Origin: an uncultured delta proteobacterium
GTDB lineage: Bacteria; Desulfobacterota; RBG-13-43-22
Direction: 5' to 3'
Assembly (NCBI GenBank): GCA_963711835.1
Contig: CAVQFQ010000005.1
Location: forward strand, 288,001-352,000
Length of the DNA stretch: 64,000 nt
The notes under the pieces: generated by a model
What the model saw: the letters and a program-made list of their open reading frames with translations, nothing else
Told to the model about the DNA's origin: nothing
Databases searched by the model: none
Program-made: the position numbers and the translations under genes
In this document: one piece after another, positions 49,799 through 60,253 of the stretch
Numbering within the stretch: the stretch's first letter is position 1
Layout: each line of letters begins with the position of its first letter

Positions 49799-50585
49799 TT
49801 ACTGTCTGGGGGTTCGGATATTTCTCGGAATTTCCATTTCGTAATTGGTTCGGAAAGGATTGATGTCGATCCCCCCGCGGCGGGTGTAGCGGGCATAGAC
49901 GGTCAGTTTTTCAGGCCGGCAACGGCGGCTGAGGTCCAGGAAGATCCTTTCCACGCAGGTCTCGTGAAAGGCTTGGTGCTGTCTGAACGAAATGAGATAT
50001 TTCAGAAGTCCGGTCCGTTCCATCACCGGGCCCCGATAGCGGATCTGGATACCGGCCCAGTCCGGTTGGCCGGTGATCGGACAGTTGGTCTTGAATAGAT
50101 CGGAGGTCAGGGTTTCCTCTACGATCTCCTTCTTCACCGCCAGGAATCCCGGGTCCACCCGATAGCGGGAAACTTTCACCTCCAGATGATCCAGGGTTTC
50201 TCCTTGAAGGGTCTCGATCCGTTCCCCTCCAAAAATCTCCGGCAACTTGAGGACCACTTGAACCGGGCTTCCTGAAACCCGGGTCCAGATCTTCGGTTAT
50301 CCGCGACTGCAACCCGGCGGTACTTTCAAACAGGGTCTGGTTCAAGGAATTCAGATAGAGCTTTAGAGATTTGGACTCGATAAGATGGGGGGAATCTGCC
50401 GGGAAAAAAAAGTCGGCCAAAGCGATTTTGGGTTTGCCCTGCTGGTTCAGCCAGGATAATTCATAGGCGGTCCAGATATCCCAGCCCCAAAAGGGCAAAG
50501 GATCAGTCAGACCCATTTCAGCCCGCTGGGGTCGGCGAGGAATGGGACAGAGCAACTCGGGATCAATGCGGTCTTTATAAGCCAC
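49799..50585 (-). CDS. queF: NADPH-dependent preQ0 reductase (bimodular), +1 frameshift near 50285
   Basis: YELSWLN..GKP, ESKSLKLYLNS, NCPITGQPDW, FHE.CVE and YTRRGG.DINP. Confidence 0.93.
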
Positions 50586-50817
50586 TTCTTTTTATTCCGC
50601 CTTGACGGCTTTGATTATGTGTCAGCCGGGCGCCTAATCCCGGGTTTGGAATCATTCCTGGGGTTGAAATAGTATAAGAAAGTCGGAGAAGGGATTCAAT
50701 AAATAAAAAAGGCAGGGTTTCTCAGGCGGCCCTGCCCCGGCAGGATAAATTCTTGACCGGTCCTTGTTCAAGTCATTATACTCAGCCGAGAAAACATCGA
50801 AACATCGGGGTGAAGAA

Positions 50818-50937
50818 ATGAAAAGATTATTGGTTTTGCTTCTGATCGTTGTTGCCCTGGCAGGCTGTGCCTTAATCAGTGAGGATGTTAGAACCGTGCC
50901 GATTGATAAGGACTCGGGCTTGATCTCTCCGAAATAA
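50818..50937 (+). CDS. 39-aa lipoprotein (not in the ORF track)
   Basis: MKRLLVLLLIVVALAG-C, canonical LAGC lipobox. Confidence 0.7.
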   Translation: MKRLLVLLLIVVALAGCALISEDVRTVPIDKDSGLISPK

Positions 50938-51120
50938 ACCCAAAGGACCCTCGAATTTAACCTTAACCAGGGGAGGATTGGATGAAAATCATAAGGCCCT
51001 TACTCTTTACTTAGGAGCAGGGTCTTTTTCATTAGGTTCCATGTGACGGCTGAGGAGACAGAGGGACGATTTGTCTACCGCATAGGCGACCATTCGTTGG
51101 ATATTCCTGCATTTTTTCTA

Positions 51121-51149
51121 TTGCGAAGTAATGGACTTTTTGATATATT
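51121..51149 (+). promoter_or_regulatory. Possible sigma70 promoter for kaiC
   Basis: TTGCGA-N17-TATATT in AT-rich DNA about 105 bp upstream of kaiC. Confidence 0.4.
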
Positions 51150-51254
51150 AATACAATCGCAATAAATAAAATGACCTCATCCCCCTCACCTTCCCCCCTT
51201 GAAGGGCAGGGGTGGGTGGGGGGTATTACTTCAGATTAGTAAAGGTGCTGGGAG

Positions 51255-53002
51255 ATGACGATGGTTAAGGCAAAACATGATGTTGATGTTCTTGAAAAAT
51301 GCCCGACGGGCATCAAGGGTCTCGATGAGATCACGAAGGGAGGGCTTCCGAAAGGCAGGCCAACCCTGATCTGCGGCAGTGCGGGTTCCGGCAAAACACT
51401 TTTCGCCATGGAGTTTCTCATGCGGGGCGCCATGGATTACGGAGAACCCGGGGTCTTCATGACCTTCGAGGAGACGCCGGAGGATCTCGCGAAGAACTTC
51501 ATCTCCCTTGGTTTTGATCTCCATGACATGATGTCGCGTGGTCTCATCGCAACGGACCACGTCTACATCGAGCGAAGCGAGATTGAGGAGACGGGTGAGT
51601 ACGACCTGGAAGGATTGTTCATCCGCCTGGGGAATGCCATTGATTCCATCGGAGCGAAGCGGGTTGTCTTGGATACCATAGAAGCACTTTTCTCCGGGCT
51701 GTCTAATGCCGCTATCATTCGGGCAGAGCTTCGCCGGCTTTTTCACTGGTTGAAAGACCGCGGTGTGACGGCCATCGTTACGGGGGAAAGCGGCGACAAG
51801 ACCCTGACACGCTACGGGCTCGAAGAATACGTCGCCGATTGCGTGATCCTCCTCGACTTCCGCATCGAGGAGCAAATTTCCACCCGCCGCCTGCGTATTG
51901 TCAAGTACCGCGGCTCATCTCACGGCGCCGACGAGTATCCCTTCCTGATCGACGAGAGAGGCCTCTCTATCCTGCCCATCACTTCCCTGGGGCTCGACTA
52001 CCCCGTTTCCACGGAGCGCATCTCCACGGGCGTCCCCAAGTTGGATGCCATGCTTGATGGGAAGGGGTTCTACCGGGGCAGCACCATCCTCGTCTCCGGT
52101 ACAGCGGGCACAGGCAAAACAAGTTTGTCGGCTACCTTTGCCGACGCCGCCTGCCGGCGAGGTGAGCGCTGCCTGTATTTTGCCTTCGAGGAATCGCCCA
52201 GCCAGATCATCCGGAACATGGGCTCCATCGGCATGGATCTCGCCCGGTGGGTGAAGAAGGGGCTTCTCAAGTTTCATTCAGCCCGGCCTTCGCTTTACGG
52301 CCTGGAGATGCATCTTGTCACCTTCCACAAGGTGATCGAGGAGTTCAATCCCCAGGTTTTCATTGTAGACCCGATCAGCAACCTGAGCGCCGCGGGAACA
52401 GCATCAGAGGTCAAATCCATATTAACGCGCCTGATCGACTATTTGAAGATGAAAAAGATCTCTACTTTCCTTACGGACCTCACCCATTTTGGAGGCAGCC
52501 TTGAACACACGAGCGAAGAGATATCTTCTCTGATCGATACGTGGCTTCTCCTCCGGGATATCGAACTCAATGGGGAACGCAACCGGGGCCTCTACATTTT
52601 GAAGTCCCGCGGCATGGCCCACTCCAACCAGATTCAAGAGTTCCTGCTCACGAACCAGGGCATTGACCTTATCGACATCTATACCGGTTCCGGCGAGGTA
52701 TTAACCGGCAGTGCCCGGGCAGCCCAGGAAGCCGGGGAAAAGGCCTCTGAGCTGGCACGCCGGCGTGAGGCGGATCGCAGGCTCCGCGAGCAGGAGCGCA
52801 AGAGGAAGGCCCTGGAAGCAAAGATCGCAGCCCTCCGTGCCGAGTTCGATGTGGAATCTGAAGAGGTGCATTTGATGGCGGAAGAAGAGCGAAAAAGACA
52901 AGCTGTCCTGGCAGAAGACCGTTTAGAAATGGCGCATCTTCGCAAGGGGAAACCTTCAGCGTCCGGCGAAGCGCTCGAAAAAGAAGAGGGAAAGGAGAGT
53001 AA
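51255..53002 (+). CDS. kaiC: Double-domain KaiC ATPase with C-terminal coiled coil (reads in frame into kaiB as assembled)
   Basis: Walker A GSAGSGKT and [11 protein letters not shown] in both domains, KYRGS/KSRG, and ISSLID at the phosphosite position. Confidence 0.93.
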
Positions 53003-53003
53003 G

Positions 53004-53336
53004 ATGAAAGCTGTCTCACCAGGAAAGGGGAAGAAAGCAAAGACCGATGCGACAGAAGAAATCTGGAATCTCCGGTTATATGTAGCCGGTCAGACCCAGA
53101 AATCGATTACGGCCTTTGCTAATTTAAAGAAGATCTGCGAAGAGCACCTCGCGGGGAAATACCGCATTGAAGTGATAGACCTTTTAAAGAATCCCCAGCT
53201 TGCCAAAGGGGACCAGATTATTGCCATACCGACACTGGTAAGGAAGCTTCCTGAACCGCTTAAAAAGATTATCGGAGATCTGGCTAACACAGAGCGCGTG
53301 CTGGTGGGACTCGACATTCGTTCTGTCTCCGGATGA
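53004..53336 (+). CDS. kaiB: KaiB protein 1
   Basis: LRLYVAG.T..S, EVID, IIAIPTL, LPEP and IIGDL; own RBS aaggag upstream. Confidence 0.92.
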   Translation: MKAVSPGKGKKAKTDATEEIWNLRLYVAGQTQKSITAFANLKKICEEHLAGKYRIEVIDLLKNPQLAKGDQIIAIPTLVRKLPEPLKKIIGDLANTERVLVGLDIRSVSG

Positions 53337-53362
53337 TAAAATCAATTTTGGAGTAACAGCCG

Positions 53363-53707
53363 ATGGAGAGGAAAAGAGGGAAAACGAGCACTGAGGAATT
53401 CGAAAAAGCGGCAGCGAAGCGAGACCGGGCAAAGTACGTTCTTCGGCTGTATGTTACCGGGATGACCCCAAAGTCAACCCAGGCAATCGCCAATGTCCAG
53501 AAACTCTGTGAAAAACACCTGGCAGGCCGCTACGAACTCAAGGTGATAGACATCTACCAGCAGCCCAAGCTGGCCAAGGGAGAGCAGATTATTGCCACCC
53601 CAACGCTCATCAAGAAACTCCCCCTGCCGCTCCGGAAGCTCATCGGCGACATGTCGGATACGGAAAGGTTTCTTGTCGGCATCGATCTGAAACCCAAGAA
53701 TTCATGA
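53363..53707 (+). CDS. kaiB: KaiB protein 2
   Basis: [19 protein letters not shown] and [13 protein letters not shown]. Confidence 0.93.
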   Translation: MERKRGKTSTEEFEKAAAKRDRAKYVLRLYVTGMTPKSTQAIANVQKLCEKHLAGRYELKVIDIYQQPKLAKGEQIIATPTLIKKLPLPLRKLIGDMSDTERFLVGIDLKPKNS

Positions 53708-53717
53708 GTACGAATCA

Positions 53718-55698
53718 ATGAACAAATCGGATAGAACACGCCAGCAACTTTTGGATGAGTTGCAGGAACTCACATCGCGGATGATGGAAGCTGAGGAAAC
53801 TCTGCGCGCTATCCGAGGCGGTGAGGTGGATGGTCTGGTTGTCTCAACGGCGGAAGGAGATCGGGTCTTTACACTATCGGGCGCCGATCATCCTTACCGG
53901 GTCATGGTCGAAACCATGAACGAAGGGGCCGTCACCCTGGCCTCCGACGGCACGATCCTTTTCTGTAACCAACGTTTTGCAGATATCGTCAAAGGGTCTC
54001 TGGAAAAAGTAATAGGATCTTCAATCTACCAATACATTTCATCAACAGACCTTCAATTATTTGAGGCATTGCTTGAGCAGGGTTTAAAGGGGAACAGTAA
54101 GGGGGAACTGGCCTTACAGGCCGGAGGTGAAAATTCTGTACCTGTCTTACTTTCCGTAAGTCCCCTTCAGCGCACGGATATGCCCGGTGCGGTGTGCGCC
54201 GTAATGGTGGACATCACCGAGCGCAAGAAGATGGAGGAGGCGCTAAAGATTTCTGAAACTCGCTACCGCCGTCTCTTTGAAGCAGCCCAAGATGGAATAT
54301 TAATCCTCGATGCCGAGACAGGACAAATAGTGGATGTTAACCCATTCTTGTTAGAAATGTTGGGTTATTCACATGAGGAGCTCTTAGGGAAGAAACTCTG
54401 GGAAATTGGCACCTTTAGAGATATTGAAGCATCGAAAGCCACCTCTTCGGAATTGAAGAGCAAAGGATATGTTCGCTACCATGATTTACCGCTTGAGACG
54501 AAAGACGGACGGCCAATTGCCGTGGAATTTGTCAGTAATGTCTATCTGGTCAATCATCATAAAGTGATTCAGTGTAACATCCGCGACACCACTGAACGGA
54601 AACTTATAGCAGAGGCTTTAAAAAAATCTCACAACGAACTGGAACGACAAGCTGTCGAACTTCGGACGGCTCTTTCTGAAATCAAAACAATGAAAGACCA
54701 ACTCGAGGCCGAGAATATTTACTTCCGTCAAGAGAACAAAATGAAACATCAATTTGAGCATATTCTCGGGCAAAGTGATGGTCTCAAGTATGTTCTCTAT
54801 CGAGCGGAGCAGGTCGCTCCTCCGAACACAACGGTCCTCATCCTCGGTGAGACCGGTACGGGAAAGGAACTGATCGCTGCCGCCATCCACAACATGAGCC
54901 CCCGCAAGGATCGGCCGTTGATCACCGTCAACTGTGCCGCCCTGCCGGGCAATTTAATTGAGAGCGAATTGTTCGGCCGGGAGAAGGGGGCATTTACCGG
55001 GGCCGATACCCGGCAGATAGGCCGTTTCGAGGTCGCCCATGGTTCCACCCTTTGCCTGGACGAGATCGGAGAGCTGCCGCTGGAGGTGCAGGCCAAGCTA
55101 CTCCGGGTGATCCAGCATAACGAGTTTGAGCGCCTGGGCTCGTCCCATACCGTCAAAGTCGATGTACGGATCGTGGCAACGACCAATCGAAACCTTGAGG
55201 AAGAGGTCCGCAAGGGCCGGTTTCGGCAGGACCTTTACTATCGGCTCAACGTCTTCCCCATCACGGTTCCTCCTTTACGGCAGCGGAAAGAAGACATCCC
55301 GCTGATGGTCCAGGCCTTCATAGAACGGTATTCCAGGAAATTGGGCAAACAGATCACGTCGATCCAGAAGGAGACGATGAAGGCGCTGCAGGATTACCCG
55401 TGGCCCGGGAACGTCCGGGAGCTGGAAAGCATCATTGAACGGGCCGTGATCTTGTGCCCCGGGCCGGTCTTGCAGTTGGCAGATAAACTGGAAGTTTCAT
55501 CCCCCCCACTCTCATCCGCCGTGAGAACCCTGGAAGAGACGGAGCGAAACCAAATTCTTAAGATCCTTTCAGAAACCCGATGGCGCATCGAGGGAAAGGA
55601 TGGGGCCGCAGCGATCCTGGGCCTCCACCCGAGTACCTTGAGGGCCAGAATGCATAAGCTCGGGATACTCCCGGCCGAAGACCCGAAAGTCAGATTAA
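53718..55698 (+). CDS. PAS-PAS sigma54-dependent activator (bEBP, Fis HTH, no receiver); true stop probably 55696-55698
   Basis: Two PAS domains, [37 protein letters not shown] and [15 protein letters not shown]. One extra C at about 55670 extends the ORF into the promoter. Confidence 0.92.
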
Positions 55699-55722
55699 TT
55701 GTCCGGCACCCCTCAAAGGTCT

Positions 55723-55756
55723 CCTCAATATATGGAGGACCCACCAAATATGGAGG
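55723..55756. promoter_or_regulatory. Tandem 16-bp palindromes, putative bEBP enhancer (copy 1)
   Basis: CCTCAATATATGGAGG and CCACCAAATATGGAGG. Confidence 0.7.
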
Positions 55757-55853
55757 TCCAACTCATCGTTTCAACCTTCTTTGCTATTCTCTCCTATTAA
55801 TACAACTCCACGATATCAGGACTGATTCCAAACTTCTGCTTTTTTCGGATTTT

Positions 55854-55869
55854 TGGCAACCCCTTTGCA
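55854..55869 (+). promoter_or_regulatory. sigma54 -24/-12 promoter
   Basis: TGGC-AACCCCT-TTGCA (GG-N10-GC). Confidence 0.8.
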
Positions 55870-55903
55870 TTAACTATTTTCTATGATCCTGGTCGTCATA
55901 AGC

Positions 55904-57301
55904 ATGAAGATTATCAAGCCGTTTTTATTGTTCTGGCTGTCGCTTTCCATTTTGAGCCTTAGCGGGTGTGCGTCCTTGCCGAATGTTTCTGAAAAAATTC
56001 AGGAAGCGCCCCTTAGCCAGAAATCTCCTCAAATCCTTTCGGCCAAAGGACTGTTGTCTCCCAAACAGAGCAAAGCCCTCATGGAACGACTGAAGCGATC
56101 CGTCGACCCGACGGATATGCTGCAACGTTATATCGCCGTAATAGAATCGGTGAGTGAAAGCCCCTTGACCAAAGGGAACAAAGTCACTTTGCTCGTTGAT
56201 GGTCCAGCCACTTATGCCGCCATGTTCAAAGCGGTAGAGAATGCCCGCGACCATATCAATCTCGAAACGTTTACCATGGAAGATATTGTAGATGAAACGG
56301 GGATGAAACTTGCCGATCTATTGTTACAAAAACAGGCGGCCGGTGTTCAGGTGAATATCCTTTATGACAGCCTAGGCAGTTACACTACTCCCGCCTCCTT
56401 TTTTCAACGCCTGCGCGACGGTGGGATTCAGGTGACCGAATTTAACCCGATAAATCCACTTAAGGCTCGCGGAAAATGGCGCTTGGCCAAATCGGATCAC
56501 CGCAAGATTTTGATCGTCGACGGCAAGGTCGCCTTTACCGGGGGCGTCAACATCAGCCAGGTTTATTCGAGCGGGCTTTCTGGAAGGCGGGAACAGGACC
56601 AGACCCAAATCCCATGGCGGGATACCGACGTTCGAATTGAGGGCCCGGCTGTGGCTGAGTTCCAAAAACTTTTTCTGGAAACGTGGCAGAGACAGATGGG
56701 TGCGAAGATCTCCGAACGGAATTACTTCCCCGATTTAATAAAAAATGAGGGAAATACTCTGGTGGGGGTGGTCGGCAGCAGTCCAGGAGAGGCCAACAGG
56801 ATTACTTTTATTCTGTATGTGTCCGCCATCACCTTTGCAGAAAATTCGCTTCATATGACCAATGCCTATTTTGTCCCCGACCACCAGACAGTAGATGCCC
56901 TCACGGAGGCTGCTAAGCGCGGGGTCGATGTGAAGATCATTCTTCCCGGAACCACCGATTCTTCGCTGGCCCAATATGCAGGACAATATTTTTATTCCGA
57001 GCTTTTGAAATCGGGGGTAAAGCTATACCGGCGTCACAATGTCCTCCTACATGCAAAAACTCTGGTCATTGACGACATCTGGGCGACAGTCGGCTCTACT
57101 AATATGGATTTCTGGAGCTTTTCAAGCAATGACGAAGTGAACGCGGTTATTCTGAGCCGCGAGTTTGCTATGGAAATGGAGAAGATGTTTGCCGCGGATC
57201 TTGCGGAGTCGGGCGAGATTCGACGGGAAGAATGGGAAAAAAGACCTCTGCTTTCCAAGATTCGGGAGTGGGCAGCCTATTTATTCTCACACTGGCTATA
57301 G
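55904..57301 (+). CDS. cls: Cardiolipin synthase (ClsB-like PLD family) with lipoprotein signal
   Basis: Two HKD motifs (HRKILIVD, HAKTLVID); LSGC lipobox. Confidence 0.9.
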   Translation: MKIIKPFLLFWLSLSILSLSGCASLPNVSEKIQEAPLSQKSPQILSAKGLLSPKQSKALMERLKRSVDPTDMLQRYIAVIESVSESPLTKGNKVTLLVDGPATYAAMFKAVENARDHINLETFTMEDIVDETGMKLADLLLQKQAAGVQVNILYDSLGSYTTPASFFQRLRDGGIQVTEFNPINPLKARGKWRLAKSDHRKILIVDGKVAFTGGVNISQVYSSGLSGRREQDQTQIPWRDTDVRIEGPAVAEFQKLFLETWQRQMGAKISERNYFPDLIKNEGNTLVGVVGSSPGEANRITFILYVSAITFAENSLHMTNAYFVPDHQTVDALTEAAKRGVDVKIILPGTTDSSLAQYAGQYFYSELLKSGVKLYRRHNVLLHAKTLVIDDIWATVGSTNMDFWSFSSNDEVNAVILSREFAMEMEKMFAADLAESGEIRREEWEKRPLLSKIREWAAYLFSHWL

Positions 57302-57404
57302 AAAATCCCTCTTGCTGCAGGGGCGAGTTGCGGATTTCTTGCCCTACCCTGAAGGTAATATTTAATCTATGGGGATTTCAAAAGGTGCCGAGAGGAGAAA
57401 TCTC

Positions 57405-57983
57405 ATGAGCCTAAAGATAATCTTTTCGATTAGTCTCATAGAAGCCATTTCCTTGTTATTGATTTTTGGGTCCCTAGGTGAATCAGCAGAGTCTGACCGA
57501 CCGATAAGTTGGGCCACGCCGATCCAAATGCAAGGGGTTAGTAGTTTATATAAGATTACAGATTATCTCTATAGAAGTGATCAGCCAACCGAAGAAGGAA
57601 TGAAGAATTTTGAAAAAATGGGAATAAAGACCGTAATAAACCTGCGGACTTTCCATTCTGATTTGGATAAAATCAAAAAGACAGGATTGCTCCATGAAGA
57701 ATTAAGCGTAAAACCGTGGCATATTGAAGATGAAGACGTAATTAGAGTTCTGCAAATAATCAAAAAAAGAGAGAATGGTCCATTTTTAATGCACTGCTGG
57801 CGCGGAGCGGATAGACTCGGTCTTATGGTTGCGATGTTTAGAATTGTAGAACAAGGATGGACGAAAGATGAGGCGATTCAAGAAATGGTGAAAGGTGGGT
57901 ATGGATTTCATGCGACCTGGCGTAACATCATTGATTATGTACAGAATGTAGACGTGGAAAAAATACGAAAAGAAGTGGAATAA
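57405..57983 (+). CDS. Dual-specificity/PTP-like phosphatase
   Basis: LYRSDQP, KTVINLR and HCWRGADR (CX5R). Confidence 0.88.
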   Translation: MSLKIIFSISLIEAISLLLIFGSLGESAESDRPISWATPIQMQGVSSLYKITDYLYRSDQPTEEGMKNFEKMGIKTVINLRTFHSDLDKIKKTGLLHEELSVKPWHIEDEDVIRVLQIIKKRENGPFLMHCWRGADRLGLMVAMFRIVEQGWTKDEAIQEMVKGGYGFHATWRNIIDYVQNVDVEKIRKEVE

Positions 57984-58074
57984 GAATCACTTACACATCC
58001 TGCGGAGATGCTATCGCAAGCACTCCGGCAGGTTTTTGCTCTTAGAATATTTATCTCGGAACAGGAGGGAAGCG

Positions 58075-58901
58075 GTGACTAATATCGGAATGCCCGCCTT
58101 CTGCTTAACCGTCAGGTCGTTTACGAGGGCGACGACGATCGGCCTGCTGGTTCTCGTGACCATGTTGTTAGGCCCTCCCCCGCTTCCGGCGGCTCCGGTC
58201 CCGGTGCGCTTCGTCGAGGGCGCCATACACGGTTTTCTCATGCTGCGCACAGTCGACGGCGCCCTCATTGCCTCGGGCGATCTCCTCCAAGTCGGCCGGG
58301 GGGAGGGGTCGAGAGCCGTACAGTGTTCCACTTCAAGGATGGGTCGTTATTCGACGAGACGGTGGTATTCACCCAGCAGCACGTATTTACCATGCAAAGC
58401 TACCACCTGGTACAGCGCGGGCCCGTATTCGCCGAGGACACCGAGATCTCGTTGGAACGGACCGGGAAATACCGCGTGAAAACCAGGGGCCGCAAGGACG
58501 GGCGGGAGAAGGGGCTTGAGGGCACACTCGAACTGCCCCCGGACGTTTACAACGGCATGGTTCTTACCGTCGTGAAGAATCTACCCAAGGAGGCCAGCGA
58601 GACCGTCCACATCGTGGCCTTTACACCCATGCCCCGGATCATCCAGCTGAAGCTGGCACCGAAAGGCGAGCACAAGGTGATGATAGGCGAACTCGCGAAG
58701 ACCGCGATCCAATATGTATTCAAGCCCCAGCTCGGGGTCTGGCTCAAGCTCTTCGCCACGCTGCTCGGGCGCGTGCCGCCGGACTACCACGCCTGGATCA
58801 TCGCTGACGAGGTGCCAGCGTTTGCGAGGTTCGAGGGACCGCTCTACACGACGGGGCCGGTCTGGCGGATCGAGCTGACGAGCCCCCGTTGGCCAGACTA
58901 A
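58075..58901 (+). CDS. Exported hypothetical protein, -1 frameshift near 58300
   Basis: RBS aggaggg and a signal-like N-terminus; two ORFs join if one G is added in the G-run. Confidence 0.6.
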
Positions 58902-58983
58902 AGGGGAGGGTGTTTTATCCTGGCCCCCTGAGTGGAAGGGAGTCTTAATAGATATTTAAAAATGAGGAAAGGAGAAAAATGGT

Positions 58984-59136
58984 ATGGGAATCATACTGAC
59001 CGTCATCTTAGTCATCGTGCTCATCGGCGCCCTGCCCACCTGGGGCCACAGTAAGTCCTGGGGACCCTATCCCAGCGGCGGAGTCGGATTGATCCTTCTG
59101 ATAGTGATCATCCTGTTACTACTGGGGCGGATTTGA
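58984..59136 (+). CDS. DUF3309-family small membrane protein (50 aa, not in the ORF track)
   Basis: LIGALPTWGHSKSWGPYPSGG..L signature. Confidence 0.85.
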   Translation: MGIILTVILVIVLIGALPTWGHSKSWGPYPSGGVGLILLIVIILLLLGRI

Positions 59137-59320
59137 GGTAGCTTTGAGGCACATGAATTAGTCCTCATCACCAACGACAGGCCGCATTTTTGGAAGGTCT
59201 GAAGCAAACCCTGGCGAGGGACAGGGAATATCGTCTTCTGTGACGAGGCAAGCGCGAGCCAGCAGGTGCGCAACCGGATCTGGAAGAACGAATACGACTG
59301 ATTCGCTAAAGGAGATGCAA

Positions 59321-59521
59321 ATGATAAAACTGGGTAAGAGTGTCATGGCGGCATTAGTAATGGGTGCTCTGATTGCAGGGCTATTATGCTGCCAGAAAAA
59401 AGAGGGCCCCGTGGAGCGCGCCGGCAAGCAAATCGATAAGGCGGTAGAAAAAGCCGGGCAGCAGATCGAAAAGGCTGGTGAGAAAATCGAAGATACGGCA
59501 AAAGACGCCAATAAAAAATAG
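59321..59521 (+). CDS. Small lipoprotein with EKAG..ID repeats (CsbD/LEA-like)
   Basis: Signal ending in Cys, then EGPVERAGKQIDKAVEKAG. Confidence 0.75.
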   Translation: MIKLGKSVMAALVMGALIAGLLCCQKKEGPVERAGKQIDKAVEKAGQQIEKAGEKIEDTAKDANKK

Positions 59522-59787
59522 CCTTTACGAAGCGCGCCGATTTAACCTGCCGATGGCGTCCCTATCGGCCAAACCCGCTTCGTGCCTGCGTGGCTAAGCG
59601 TTTTGCTGTGGCCCGCCGTAGCGGATTTTGGCGGGCATGGTCGTAGTCGAGCATTGGTGCAAAAAGGGAATAGCGTATGTTGCGGTGTCCTATCGGTTGG
59701 AGCGGTGCTGGCTTTGTTCCAGCGTTTTCGTTGCATCCGACCGTTACGGCGCAGGCTGAGCTGTAACATTATAGGAGGTAGCCGTGT

Positions 59788-60129
59788 ATGTACGAACATC
59801 GAACGCGCCCTATCCTCAGTAGAGCCGATTTTGCAAAGCGCATCGCCCGCCATGTTATGCTGGCCCTTATTGTCCTCGTCTTGGCCTTGGGCATTGGAGT
59901 CGTCGGTTACCACTACCTGGGAGAGCTGGAATGGCTGGATGCACTGCTCAATGCTTCGATGATTCTGGGCGGAATGGGACCTGTGGATCCTCTGCATAAA
60001 CCGGTGGCGAAACTGTTCGCCTCCTGTTACGCCTTATTTTCAGGGCTAGTTTTCATCGGCGTGGCCTCCTTGTTGGTGGCGCCATTCGCCCACCGTTTAT
60101 TGCACCGCTTCCACTTGGATGAACGATAA
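59788..60129 (+). CDS. Small 2-TM membrane protein, pore-loop-like
   Basis: WLDALLNASMILGGMGP between two TM helices; RBS aggagg. Confidence 0.7.
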   Translation: MYEHRTRPILSRADFAKRIARHVMLALIVLVLALGIGVVGYHYLGELEWLDALLNASMILGGMGPVDPLHKPVAKLFASCYALFSGLVFIGVASLLVAPFAHRLLHRFHLDER

Positions 60130-60253
60130 AAGAAACACTGCCTTGTCCAGGGGGAGGGGTCACCAAAGGGAGTTCTTATCATTCTGTTGGCCATGTCCTT
60201 TATCTTTGGCAAAGAATGAGTAATTTTTGAAATGAAGGTGAGAGGTGTATTTT

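Noticed and set aside
50586-50680. preQ1 riboswitch upstream of queF
   Set aside because: No match to preQ1-I consensus features; only a vague resemblance to other classes.
55699-55886. Extended C-terminal tail of the sigma54 activator in the ORF track
   Set aside because: It arises from one extra C, and the DNA is duplicated elsewhere as a non-coding promoter module.
59539-59775. Possible long attC (ATTTAAC ... GGCTGAGCTGTAACATTAT) between two small genes
   Set aside because: No GTTRRRY core and no convincing pairing of the arms; at best a highly degenerate relic.
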